Below are positions 18,880-31,700 of a stretch of 64,000 bases of DNA, piece after piece (position 1 is the stretch's first letter; each line of letters begins with the position of its first letter). A model generated the notes under the pieces. It was not told the origin of the DNA. It was given only the letters and a program-made list of their open reading frames with translations, and made no database searches. This DNA is from Podarcis bocagei. Lineage: Eukaryota. The stretch is from assembly GCA_964188305.1 (NCBI GenBank), contig OZ076901.1. One strand, written 5' to 3'. The position numbers were made by a program, and so were the translations under genes.

Positions 18880-19790
18880 GTAATATAAAACACCTTCCCG
18901 CGTGACGTGGTCTAGGCAGAGATGGGGCTAAATCGAGAAACGGCAGGATCTTGAGTCTCGGGTGTTTGTGGGGGTGCCTGGCACGTACCCCATACGGAGC
19001 CAGACAGGAAAGGCAATTGAAGGTGCAGAGGCAGTCAAGAGACCGGACGGGTCCCCCGACCCCGGGCGGAGGCTATTCGCATTCCACTCCTTCCGCCTGT
19101 GGACGGGTTCAGGGGAGCGCCGTGGCCCCATCCCTTCACCCTCCGAGAGGACAGCGGTGCGGCAGGGGTGACCCTTTAGTATAGATCCACACAACAAGGG
19201 AAGGAAAGGTCGCGAGGACGCAGGAAGAAACTTTTATCCCTCCCGCTCCCAAAGGCCTCCGGGCGCCCATCAACGTCGGCCCGGGCACCTTGGGCCCATA
19301 CAATTCAAGGGCGCTTGCCCAAGCCGGACGTGGACCATTCGCCGCCGGCAACCCACCAACCGGCCGCGGCGGTTCCTCTGCACCAGCCGCAGGAAAAGTG
19401 GGCTAACCTGATAGTGGCTCCTCAGCGACCCGCAGCTTGGAGCTCCGCCTTGCGGAAAGCATTCTCCTCGGCTATTGGGCAAGGGGCACGCCACTCTCCG
19501 GGCTCCTCCAATCCATATTGTCCGTGTCGACAGGTAAGAGCTTCCGGCCAATCCCTGCCTCTCGCGCGCAGTTTCCTATGGTAACGCTTTCCTTTCTAAG
19601 GAGGGTCGCCATCCGTGTTTGGCCTCCCTTACCTGTTTTCCCGTCGGCCTCAGTACCAAGCCAAGCTGCAGCGCACGCGCACTTCCCACTACTGAAAGAC
19701 CGGCGGCCTTCCTAAGTTTGAATCACTTTTCCCGCCAAAAAGTAACGACGAGAAGCGGCTGCGCCGACAGCATTTTAAGTAGGAAGCACC
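18880..19790. promoter_or_regulatory. CpG island, probable distal promoter/non-coding first exon of SLC37A4
   Basis: CpG-dense block with a minus-strand donor CAG|GTAAGG at 19633/19632, three CCAAT boxes, an X-box GTTTCCTATGGTAAC and an E2F site TTTTCCCGCCAAAA. A matching acceptor lies at 14314-14315. Confidence 0.7.
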
Positions 19791-20487
19791 TTGAGGAGAA
19801 GCTGAAGGGGGCCATAAATAAAATATAATAATAAAGAAACATAAAAATAAAAGAGTGCTGACTTCCTCCCCTTGGCCAGCGACTTCCACAGAGGAATGGT
19901 CACCAAGGCAACAGCCTCCCTGTCCCTCCTGTCAAAAACAAAACCCCAACTGAAGGCATCAAGCACCACACTAAACAAGGCCCTGCCTTCATGCTAGGAG
20001 TATTTAAAGTTTAGGAAAAAACATCCAACACACCCTTTTATATAGTGGGGGTTAACACGAGACAGGATTCCACACTAAAAAGAGGTTCAGGGACAAGAAA
20101 AAAATCACACAAAATATGGTGGTCATCAGATGTTGTTGGACTGTCTTTGGGCTTAAAAGAATAGGGGCCTAACACCTGGAGGGCACCAGACTTGACTACC
20201 CAAGCTCTAGAATGCATCCACCAATATGGAGGGGAAGGAAGCAAGAGGAAAGAAAAACTGCATTTAGGCACCATGGCCAATTCTCACTGCCTACACAGGA
20301 GGCCTGAATGTGTTAGGGATTACCAAACAGGCAGCCCCTCACCTTTTAGAAATCCATCACTGCAGCAGGTAGTAGGTGGCACTTTAGGATCCATCTGTTT
20401 GAGAGGGTAGCCAGTGTAGGCTCCACCAATTTTCATTCTTCCATTTAAAAAGAGTGATTTTTATTTTTTTTTAGAAAAGCAAGTTAT

Positions 20488-20493
20488 TTTATT
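20488..20493 (-). terminator. Probable HYOU1 polyadenylation signal
   Basis: Minus-strand AATAAA about 2.2 kb after the HYOU1 stop codon. Confidence 0.45.
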
Positions 20494-22715
20494 GAAACCA
20501 TTTTCAAAAGGAGCAAATACATTTCAACTGAATGACTTAAAATGTGATCACCACCCGCTTTCTCCTTTCCTCCCTCCAGAAAAAAAAAGTTAACAGAACT
20601 GACCAACGAGCACCTGAACATTGATGTAAAACAAACAACCCCAGACTCCACAGCTAAGTAAGTGCCAATATGGCAGAGGGAACTTGCACAATTTCTGCAG
20701 AGCACACAAAGGTGGCAGCACAAGGTACTCTCTTGCCTACTGGCTTTCTGGATTAGGCTTAGTTGGGTTTTAGGCAGCAGCAGAGGAATGGAAGAGGGAA
20801 CATTCCTCCTTCACTCCCAAATTACATTCCCATGACAGAGAAATTAAAACTTCTAAGCCTGCCCTGTTCAAAAGGGGGAAATTTTTAAGAAAAGACAGAC
20901 ACAGCACAAGACAAATTCAGGGAAATGTTTTTCAGGAAACCAAGATTTACATTCAAATTCCAATTACTTTATCAATGCTCACAGTAGAATGCACATTCTG
21001 CTCAAAACAGAGGTATGCAGAAACAGTTGCTTTGTTTTTAATAAGGTTTTAAACTCCATTTTCATCAAAATCCAAATATTCAATGCACATTTTAACAGAG
21101 GCAAAAACACCTGTGTGTGTGTGTGTGTATATATACACACACAACTGGGAAAGATGGCAAGCTTAACTTCCAAGCACAAGTATAAAGCTTGTTGAAATGA
21201 AGAGGAAAGGGGGCATTACAATAGGCAGCACACAATTTAGTATTAATTTCTCACATTTGCCTTGTTCTAGGAGCCTGTAGCATTTGGCATACCACTTCTG
21301 CCTGAATACTAGAGAAATAATTCCTCAAAGCTGCAAGTTAAGACAAAGACGTCTTGAAATTAATTCAAGAGAAGAACACATTTCCAAATTGATTTTAGGG
21401 ACTAGGAGGCAGTGCTTAGGAATGAGTTGCTGAGCAATGATGTTAAAGAAAACAGGGTCTCAGCATGGTATACATATGATATTCCTTTGAATAGTTTGGA
21501 CGTTGTGTGTAGAGGGGAAAACTGAAGTAAAAAGGGCTCGATGAAGTTTTTCCTCTACTTTGTGACATCTTTACATATTCTAGTTTATGTGCAGTTGGAC
21601 TGATTTGTACTTCTGAAAACTGAAGTATCACAATTATTTGTCCTATAGCCAAAGCTGTCCCTACTACACTACTAGGTGGCCAAAGTGGAAAGTTCAGCTG
21701 CCAGTAGGGTGACTGAGCTAGTAAATAAAAGGTGCACACACACAAAAATGTGCATTCACCACCCAAGACAGCAAGCTTTGTAAGCCAGCTTCCCAAATCA
21801 CCATATAACATCAGCAGTATTAGGAAATGGCAAGACTAAGAACAGTGCCCAGTGTTGCTGGGAAGGCAATTAGAAAGCAAATCTACAAACTTGAGGAGCA
21901 AATAAAATAGGTAAAGAAAACCTGTACCTTTCTGGGATAGATCAGACTTCCTGCTTTATTACAACAGCATAGTTTCATGGGCCTCTTAGAAAATGACTGG
22001 CATTAGGGAGTTTTGCTAAAGGAAGTAACTGATAATAAGAATCAGGGATGCGTGTCTCATCAGTGGCCATCCCTGCTATGCTACAGCTGTCTGATAAATA
22101 CTTCTGAAAGGAGAGTCGTATAGTTATCCGTTTGAGCATTTTGGTTTTCCTTCCATGCATTGTCAACTTCTTTTACTCTCCACTCCTGTTTCATCCATTT
22201 CAGTTGCACAGACACTCCCAAAAGAGAAAACTGTCCCTCAACAGCCAAGAGTAAGAATATAAAGGGACTTGCTCATTCAAACCTAGTTGATGAACCATAA
22301 CATGATGAGGCTGAAGGAGAAGGTTCCAATTTGATATTTCCAGTTGCAGACAAATAATGTTTCCAGAAGGTGAAGCATAGCCCAAAAAACTGCTGATGCC
22401 AACTGTCATTTCCTAGAACAGTTTCAGGTAGATTTAAATCTACTGGTTAGAAGTGCAATTCAGGGGACAGTGCTGTGGAAAACACAGCAAGACTGCCCAG
22501 TGAGCTCAAAGTCATTTTTAAAGAAAGGAAGAGACAAGACAACACACCAAAATCAGCAACAAATAAATCCCCAACAGAAAGAAAAACAAAATGTACAGCT
22601 CTATTGCATTTTGTTGTCAGTCTGTGCCATGTTCCACTAACCAGGTCCATCATAAAAACAATGGAGTTAACTGTAAATAAATAGGTGTTGGTGCAAGGGG
22701 GGGTTTAAGGAACTG

Positions 22716-25700
22716 TTATAATTCATCATTGGTTCTGGTATCTTCCCTTGTTTCCGACCTCTTGTCAGTTTGTGGCCCTGAAAAGAGCAAGAGCAGAAAA
22801 ACCGTAATGAATCAAAACTGTGCAGCATGGACAACAACTTTCCAAATCAAGATAGTACCAGGGAAACATGTTCAGATACACAAAGAGTAAGAAAAATTCC
22901 TGCAACAGCAACAGGGTAGCAGGGTTAGAAAGCAAGAGCAGGTAGATAAAGCCATGGCTTGAGACTCAAACATATTAGTGGATGGAAGAGCATTTGAAAT
23001 TGAAAAGTAAAGGGTTGCTACCTCTACAAATCCCAACCCTAACCATCGACGGTTCCAAAGGGATTTGGTTCTTCAAGATTCCCAGTGCCAACCCTTGTGC
23101 AGTGCAGGGATGAGGTAAATAGGAAGTAAGAAAAGGGTAATTGGGGAAAAAAATACATTGCCATCCTTGAGATGCATGCTGCATAAAAATTCAATCTGTT
23201 TTGTGGCACTTTAAACCCACACATTTGTGCCACTTAAATTCCCTACACATGCTCTTGAGGCCCCTTCCTCCATCAGGACTGTTGAGATCACTTGGGGAGG
23301 AGCTTTTGCCAGGAGCACCCTTCCCCTGGGTTGGCAGGGCAAGGAGGAGAGAGCAAGCCTTGTCTGGGAATAGCTCGTCCCTCTGTATTACTGTCTTTTC
23401 TCCTCCCTCCCTGAATGTTGGAAATGCTCTTGGTGCCCCTTGAGCAACACAGTGCCCAGTGTCTTTTCTGAAAGCAGCCATGTCTCCCCCTGTCTTGCAG
23501 CCAATTCCCAGGGTGGCATGGAGTTTCCCAGCATCAACTGTATGAATTGACTACGGCTATTAAAATAGTAATTTGGATAACTTGTTTCCTTACATTGTTT
23601 CACATTGTGAATTTGAGGCCCACAATAGCATGGCTCCAGAATAAAAGGTTCCTGAATTCCCACTATGATGTGGAGAACCCAAGAAAAAGCAATCACATGG
23701 CCTAGGGAACTCCAATTCTCTCAAGCCCAATATTTCCTTATCAGAGTTCTGCTCAGTGATCGAAATAAATTGATTCATTCCTTACCAGAGTCTGGTCCCA
23801 ATTCATCATCCAGTGGTGCTTTTTCTTCTATGGGTGGTTCTTTGACTGGGCTAGCATCTTCTGGTTTATCTGGTTGGAAGGAGAAAAAAAGGTATCCATA
23901 GTTGCAGAGGTATGTGCAATGACCAAACTGGATGCACACCACATCACCCAAGAGAAATTTGAACCATTTACAACACATCTCATGGAGCAACCAACCAAAG
24001 GCTAGAAGAGGCAGCAAAGACTGAGGACCCTCTTTTACACCAAGCAGTCTTCCACAGGGCTGGTTTCAAACACCAGGGAATATGAAGAGGGGAATTAGAA
24101 GACTACTGATGCTGCTGTGAGACCATCTCACCTTTTTGATTCTCATCCTTGGGAGGAATGACTTTTTCACCCTCAGGAGGCACAGTGGTGTTCTTGCCCG
24201 CTTCTGTTTTTGTGGTGTTCTTCTTGGGGGGCCTGATCTTTGAAAACTTGGCTTTGTTGAGGAGGTATTGCACTTCCCTGTCCAGAGCTGCAATCTTCAG
24301 CTCAATGTCTTTGGAAAGCAGAATAGGCTTCTCGGCGGGTGACAGCTTGGTCTGTTCTGCCAGGGTCTCATTCTTCCACAACTAAAACAAACAAACCCAG
24401 GAAAACATATTATCCTTAGGCTCCACCTGATAAGACCAGCCTTGTTTGGTGCTGTTCATTACCAAGTGCCAATGGCCTTCTGACCTGACACAACTCCACT
24501 ACTCAGTGCATAATCACTGCTTAAAAGCTCCTTCTGGCCTCTGCTGAGCCGTATTTCTACAACCATCCATTCATACCCCCCACTCCATAAAGTGAGCACA
24601 AGTTGTGGGCTTACTGTATTTTGGCAGGATTCTTAGGTTTACCTGTGAACTGAATCACAACATTCTAAGTAAAAAGACCAAAAGGGGTATCTTTGGGAGC
24701 CTAGAGCAGAAGGGACAAGACGTGCACATGCATGAACGCACATACTTTGGATACTGAAAAGATTTTCTGCACTCCTTGCGACCCTTCTTACCGTTGTCTC
24801 GTTTATAACTTTTTCCAAGGTGCTTAGCTCCACCTCTGTGAATAACTGATCAGCCTCCGGGATCATGCGAGCTCCCCTGAAAAAAATGAATGAGAAATGT
24901 GTCTCCCTCTTGCCCTGAAGCAGTTTTCACACTATATTAAAGCTCTCTAGTTGGTGTAACTGGCTCCTGTGCAGCCAACAACAACTGCTAAAGACAACAC
25001 CTTCAGCTTTAACTATTCTAGGAAAAGTGACAACTGGGACACAGGATGCAGCACAGAAATATCTACGCTAGAACATTTCTAGCTAATTTCAACTGCTAAG
25101 TTTGACAACCATGTTAACAAGTGAGATGGACAACAGGCGAAACTTCGGGAGATGGTTACAAAGCGGGATTTTCCCCCCAGTGACCATGAGTGCCGATTTA
25201 TTTTGCCTCAAACAATTTTCCTTTCTATTTGGTGACAAAGACATGCAATCAGCAACTCCGAAGTTCTACATAAAAATATATATTGCTCAAGGAAAGGAAA
25301 AAAAACCCCAGTATGTATGACTACGGCAAAATACCAGCCCACCGTAAGAAAAGCAAACTCCACCACACCCTTACAGCAGCATGCACATGTGTAATTATCT
25401 CGGTCCTTGATATACACCCTTACTTCCTTTCAAGGTAGCAGAGATTTGGAAACCAACTCTCATGGGTAAGAATTTAGCGTTCCATGCTAAGAAACTCAAC
25501 TTCTCACAAATGGAGACCATTTTCATATATAACTTTTAGCAAGAGGACACTACAGCACTGGAACCTGTTGCTATTCTTCCATGAGTTCCACTATCAGCTT
25601 GAGAACAACCCTTATTTAAATAAAACTGTTGTGTGGTACAACCAAAAATGGTTTCACTGAAAGTGAGCTGCTTCTTTGTCTCCTGGTTGCCATGCTGAGA

Positions 25701-28700
25701 TTTAAACAGCTGCATTGCACAGCTCCCCATGCACACCCTTTGGTTCCAGAGAGTGCTGATCTCAGCTGCTAGTGTAAGTAAGGCAATCCCCTCTGCCCCA
25801 ACCCAAGTCCCCTCCTCTCCTACTAAAGACGTCTTGGTTGCTCATACTTGAGGAAAATATTGGAGTGATTGAGTAAGCTTTCCAGGGTAGCTAGACGGTC
25901 TGGCCACTTCCTTCTCTCCTCCACACGGAAGAAAAGGCTCCGACACAGCTTCTTCAGTTCAGAGAGCCTCTCTTTCAGCTCCTGTGAATTGGAATAGAAG
26001 TTAAAAAACTAAAATTCTGGCTTGGACACATATATTATCTTGCAAAGATTACTGATGGTTTGGAAATTCAGGAAGAAGGGGTTAAACATCCACAATCTGA
26101 GCCTGCCTGGAGACCCACTAGAACTCTGCCCTGGAGGCTCCACAGTGACAGCCAAGCTATTATTAGGGCATCCAGTTCCCAGGGAGTTCAAACCCCCGTC
26201 CCAAAGTTAAGAGGACACACAAGCCAAGTGTGACACTTGCAGGTTGGTCAGACATGCAGACCACGGGAATCCCACACAATGTTTCCAGCTATGAATGACA
26301 AAGTACTTTGCCATTGCCCAGAAGGCAGTGCAATCAAGGAAGTTTAAAGTTGTTCTCATCAACCATAGCAAGTCACCTTCTTCCGTTTCTCCGATTCTGA
26401 CAAAATATACTGGCTAAAATTTCCAAAACGCTTTTGGCAAGGGAAAGACACTTCTGTAGTCCAGATAACCCACATGAAACACACTCTGAGAATCTTCAAA
26501 CTCTAGCCTAACAATACAGAGAAGTTTCCCCTGAAAAAGATATTAGCAGTTCAAAGTGGTGCCCCAACCTTAGTTGTGGCTGTATAGCCTTCCTCTTCCA
26601 TCCAGTTGGAAGCTTCGCTCAGCTTCTTGGAAATTTCCTCTCGCTCTTCTTCTGTTGAAACAAACTTATACTCCTCCTGTTGTAGCTTATCCTGGTAAAA
26701 GACACACACGCACAAAATCAATCTCTCTGAAGTTCTTGTCACTTATGGGAACATTCATCAAACAGGAGTCTTAGGCTTTGTTCGCTTGTCCTCCTGACAG
26801 AAATTTAGCCAAAGGCGACACAGCAGCCTCCCTGACCTATTCCAAATTTTCTTACAGCTCAAGTTGCAATAGTGCTGCAACTTTACACAAAAGACAAGAC
26901 ACACATCAGTTAAACGGCAGCAGAGAAATAATTTTATGGGGGTGGGATCATCGGCAACAAGATGAACCCGCTAAATGCCCTCTGATCCTTTTTCCCGGGA
27001 CCTACCTGAGTCTCAAAGATGAAGGCCTCAAGGCCATTGGCTGACTTTTCCCTCTCATGCTTTGCTATGTCTCTTTCAGTCAATTCTTGCAACCTGATGT
27101 TAGAAAAAGGTGGGAAGAACAAAGTAGCCAAGGTCACAACCTTCTCTGAATGGGAGAAGACAAAAAGCATCCCCATGCACTGGCAGCAAGCAGTCTCATC
27201 CCAGCCCACAGCTAGGGGGCAGAGGCAGCCCTGAAGATCCACCTACTTCTTAATTGAGTCCTGCAATTCTTCTGGCAGCAACTCTGGCACATCATTCACA
27301 TCCAGCTCCACTGCAATCTCTTCCACCAGCTTTTGTTTCTTTGGCGGCTTCAGCTTTTTCTCCTCCTCCTCAGCTGCTTTGGCACCATTGCCCTCGGGGC
27401 TCTTTGTAGGCTCCTCATCCTTCCCAGTATCCGTCTTTTCTTGGGCTTCCTAGATGGGAGCAATTCCAGGACTAACAGGGGGTTGTTTTCAGCCACCAGC
27501 TAGAGCCAACATTTGACAGGTTTGCTTTAATTTTAGATATAAGTTGGGCCGGCCCTGCCATTAGGAAGAGAGGCAACTACCTCAAGTGCTAACTTCTGGG
27601 AACAGCCACCTACCAACCCCATTCCTTCCGAGTTCCCTGGCCATATCTTTCTGTTGTAAGATCTGTACCTGCTGTTGCCCTCAGGGTTGCCCTCAGGGTT
27701 GGTGGAGGGCATTATTCCACTGGCAACAATGAAATAAAAAAATCAACTGCTGGTCCAGTCAGAGTTTGTATGTACAATTTGTTGTTGGTGGAAACCACTG
27801 TATTTGCTTCAGGTAGCAAAAGGTTTTGTAATGGCCCTGGATTCAGCCATGCTAGGAACCATGTAGATGCCAAGTTTTTAGGAGAATTCTCACACAACCC
27901 CATAGGCATCAGACCTTAAAAGGAAGTTTCCCACCCTCTCCAATAAGTAGACAACCCCTACGGACGCCTTCTCATTTGTCTCCTATTGGATAAAAAGGGG
28001 GGAGGAGGCTGTTCAGTGACCCTGCTCACTGCTTGCTCACCTGGGAGTCTGATTTCTCTCTTCCTTCCTCTTGTTGGTCCTCAGCTGAAGCATCTTCAGC
28101 AGCTTTTTCCTGAGATGGGGATGGCGTTGGCTGCTTTTCTTCCTCCTCACTAGCAGCCCCATTGTCATCCTTCTGGTCCTCCTTACCCGCTTCCGCTTGG
28201 CTCTCCTCTTCCTCCTGGGCAACAGAGGGGAAATTCCCAAGGGTGTTATAAGAACCTTGCACAGCTAGGCTTCTTCAGCCAAGACAGGCATGACTCTGAA
28301 GGGACCCAGCAGGTCCAGCTACAAGCTCTGCTGCTACAGACACTTGTCATGGATTCCTTCTGACTATAAGTATTTATTATGGTTTTAGGCAAGAACGCAG
28401 TGCCATTGAACAGGTTCACCGAACTCTTGAGACTAATACCAGGATCCTCCCCTAATCTTTTTTCATATTTGTACCCCTTTTCAAGTCCCTGCTGACATTT
28501 GCATTAGTCCCAAATCCTGCATTTTGCTGGCAGGTTCTCCACAGAACAAAGCTCACCTGAACAGTCTCAGTCAAGTTTTCAGGTGCTTCTGGCACAGGGC
28601 TCCCTCCTCCAAAGAGACTGGAGATGGTGTTCCCAAGCTCTGCTCAAAAGAAGAAACATACTTAAGAAAGGTTTGGGGTCTACACACAGAAAACCCAGCT

Positions 28701-31700
28701 CCTGTCTGCCACCTGACCCATCCCCTCTGGGGTAAAGGACAGATCTTTGGCTCTGCTTAGTGAAAGCCTTCATAATCTATGTGGCAGCCTCTCAATCTTG
28801 GGGTGGGTGTTGGCTGGGAAAATAGCACAGGTCACCTCTGCCCCTACAGCTGTAAAAACTACAACACCCTCAACGAATGTAAAACCTCCATGTCTCCAAG
28901 TGCCAAAAGTGTCCTGGTGTGTACACTGCCTTGTTTCTCCAGCATACCAGATTACTAAAGGTAGCCAAGAACAGAGAGGCCCCACCCCAAGGAACCAGTC
29001 CCTGCAACCGCAGCTTGCTTGGTTGGAAAGCTGAGGGGCAAAGAGTTGGAAAGGTCTCATTTCCGACCACTCAAAGTGATGCTGAAAACTGGGAAGGGGC
29101 AGATTAAGTCAAACTGCCTACATGGTACGAGAAGAGCTGTTGCTGCAACCCAACCAACTCACTTGTTAGCGTGGATTCCTCCTCTGGCTTGTCCTCCACC
29201 AGAGTCTCAAACACAGATTCTACCTGGGAGACAACACACGGAGCAGAATGAGATTGGAAGGCCCAGCAAGTAAGCCGGAGGTGAAGGGCACTGAAGCGGT
29301 ACTTACACGATCGAGGCTCAGCACACCACTCTCGTCCATGTTGAAATGAGCCTTGATGCCTTTGGACTCGTAATCCAAATGTTTCTTGAAACTCTCACCC
29401 ACTCCTTGCAGCTTCACCCTTGTAAGGTTCAAGGACCCAAAAGCTCTGCAAAACCACACAAGGACACACATTGGGATGGGTGAGCACAGCGGCTGGCCAC
29501 CCCTCCTTTCTGTTCCCATTCTCTAGCTCTACCACAGAAATCACAAACCTCTGTAGAAACAGCGAAGAGCAGTAATATAGATATTTTATTTCCTGGATAC
29601 TCAGCTGCAAGGGTACAAGTTCAACCAGCCGAGAACAAATTTGAGTTCCCAAAGCCGTAGCCACTGACATAAAGCTGAGTTCAGGCAGAATCATAAACTC
29701 TGAGGACATGAGTCAAGTTAAGCCTTTTTTTAAAAAAAGGGCTTTATTAGGACTTTTCAAAATACTATAGAAGACCAGACCAAAGCAGAAACAAGACAAA
29801 AAATAAATAAAAGAGAAAGAATATTTAAGAAAATAACAGAATAGAAAGATAAAGATAACAAAAATAAGTAAAAGGGGTTTCCAGCTACCACATACAAGAG
29901 TTCCTCAAAACAATCAAATTTTCAATAAAGAGTAATATTCAGCTATTCCTCCCTCTGTCATGTTTTGCTTTTGTTCTTTATGCAAACCCCGTCAATTCTT
30001 CCCTCCTTAGACCAAATTCCCGGGCAGCTGAAACTACCCTAACAAAAGGGAAAAGGAAAGTAAGAACCAGCATGTTCTGTTTTTGTGGCTGACCCACAAC
30101 TGCACTCACTTCAAGTCACTGTCACCCAGAAAGCCCATATCTGCGTAGTTGACATGGAACTCAAAGTCATCTGTGTATCGGTTGAAGGTGATGACCTTCC
30201 GTTGGGGATATGGAGCCATGCGCTGGAACAGGATCCGCCGGTTGTGCTTAAGGCTCTTGGATTTATCCTCCTCTTCTACCTCACGGGTGAACTCAACCTA
30301 AGGTTAGGAGAGGATAAAGCACAGACTGTACCTCTTCCAGATTCTACCACACGGGAGAGCCAGTTGCATGCCAACATTAAGGGACAAAGATCAGCACTTT
30401 TCTTGGGCTGCTTGAGACAGAATGCCGAGTCAGGCTTTTTACCAACCCTCTCCCTGAAATCCACAGCACTCTGATACTTGATAATGAACCACAGCTCACC
30501 TGGATGGGGAAAACAGCTGCATCACGGACAATGAAAGGCTTCACCTTAAAGGCTTTGCTCAAGGCAGCTGCTTGGTAGACAGCGCCCATTGCAGCTGCTT
30601 CATCTGCATTGATGTTCTTGCCCAGCTCATCCCTGTGTTGTCAACAGAAGAATGATTAGATGCTACCCTGCTCAGGACAGAGAATATTTTGAGGGGTGGG
30701 AGGCGGAAAGTACCACCAAAACTGGGCTGATGCTTACTTGCCAACTGCCTTTAGCAGAAATTCCTGCACCTTTGGGACGCGAGTGGCACCACCGACGAGG
30801 ATCACCTGGTCAATTTCATTCTGGGAATTGGGGAAAGATAACAGGGTCTGACTCTCTGAGCTTGAACTCTGTTACACTTTCTGAATCTAAGAGTTCTGCT
30901 TGCACAGATGTGGGTGGCCTGGAAGGAGCAGTAAGTGCTTCCCACCACGGCCTACGCTGTGGAATTCACATTGTTCGGTGAAAACTAGAGACCCTGTAAC
31001 AAAACCATCCGCACTTACCAAACTGATCTCAGCACTGCTGACCGCCTGCTGCACAGGTCCTGCAACCCGCTGGAACAAATCAGAGCACAGCTCCTCCAAT
31101 TCCTGCCGTGAAACTTTGGCCTTGAAGTCAATGTCATCCAGCAAGCCCTCGATCTAGGGAGAGAAACCAGGAGCATCTTATCCCACAGACACATGCAGCA
31201 CTTCCTCTCTGAAGCCAGCACACTGCTTCTACTGTGCCTTCAAAACAGGATAAGACCTTAATGAAATGTAGAAGCTTTTCATCTACATGTAAGCAGATAG
31301 CTGCTTACAATTGACTATAGCAAACTACAAAGGTTAGCATTTTCCATGCACCCAGGCCACACCAAATGATACACACACAACCTACCTGCGCCACATGGTC
31401 AGCATTGGCACTTAGTACTGTTTTCACGCGATTGGCTTCCTTTAGCAGCTTGGCCATGGCCCGCAGATTTTTCCGGACATCCTTTGATGGATTTTGCTGA
31501 TTGAAGAGTTTGGCCAGATGGTCACGGAGGCGCAGCTCCATCTCCAGCCCTCCCAGTGTGCGATCAAATCTGAGGAGGAGGAGGAGGGAGGCAGTGGAAC
31601 CAGCTACTCAAGCCAGCAGCCCTTTGCAAAGAAGCCCAGCAACTACCTCTCCAGCTACCACTCCTCCCAACAAGCTTGATATCGCTCTATCTCTCCCACC

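Noticed and set aside
14500-18880. Hidden protein-coding gene between SLC37A4 and HYOU1
   Set aside because: The recognisable peptides belong to L2 and RTE remnants or SINEs, and no coherent exon chain was found.
27674-27701. 12-bp tandem duplication GTTGCCCTCAGG x2
   Set aside because: Ordinary intronic slippage duplication with no sign of function.
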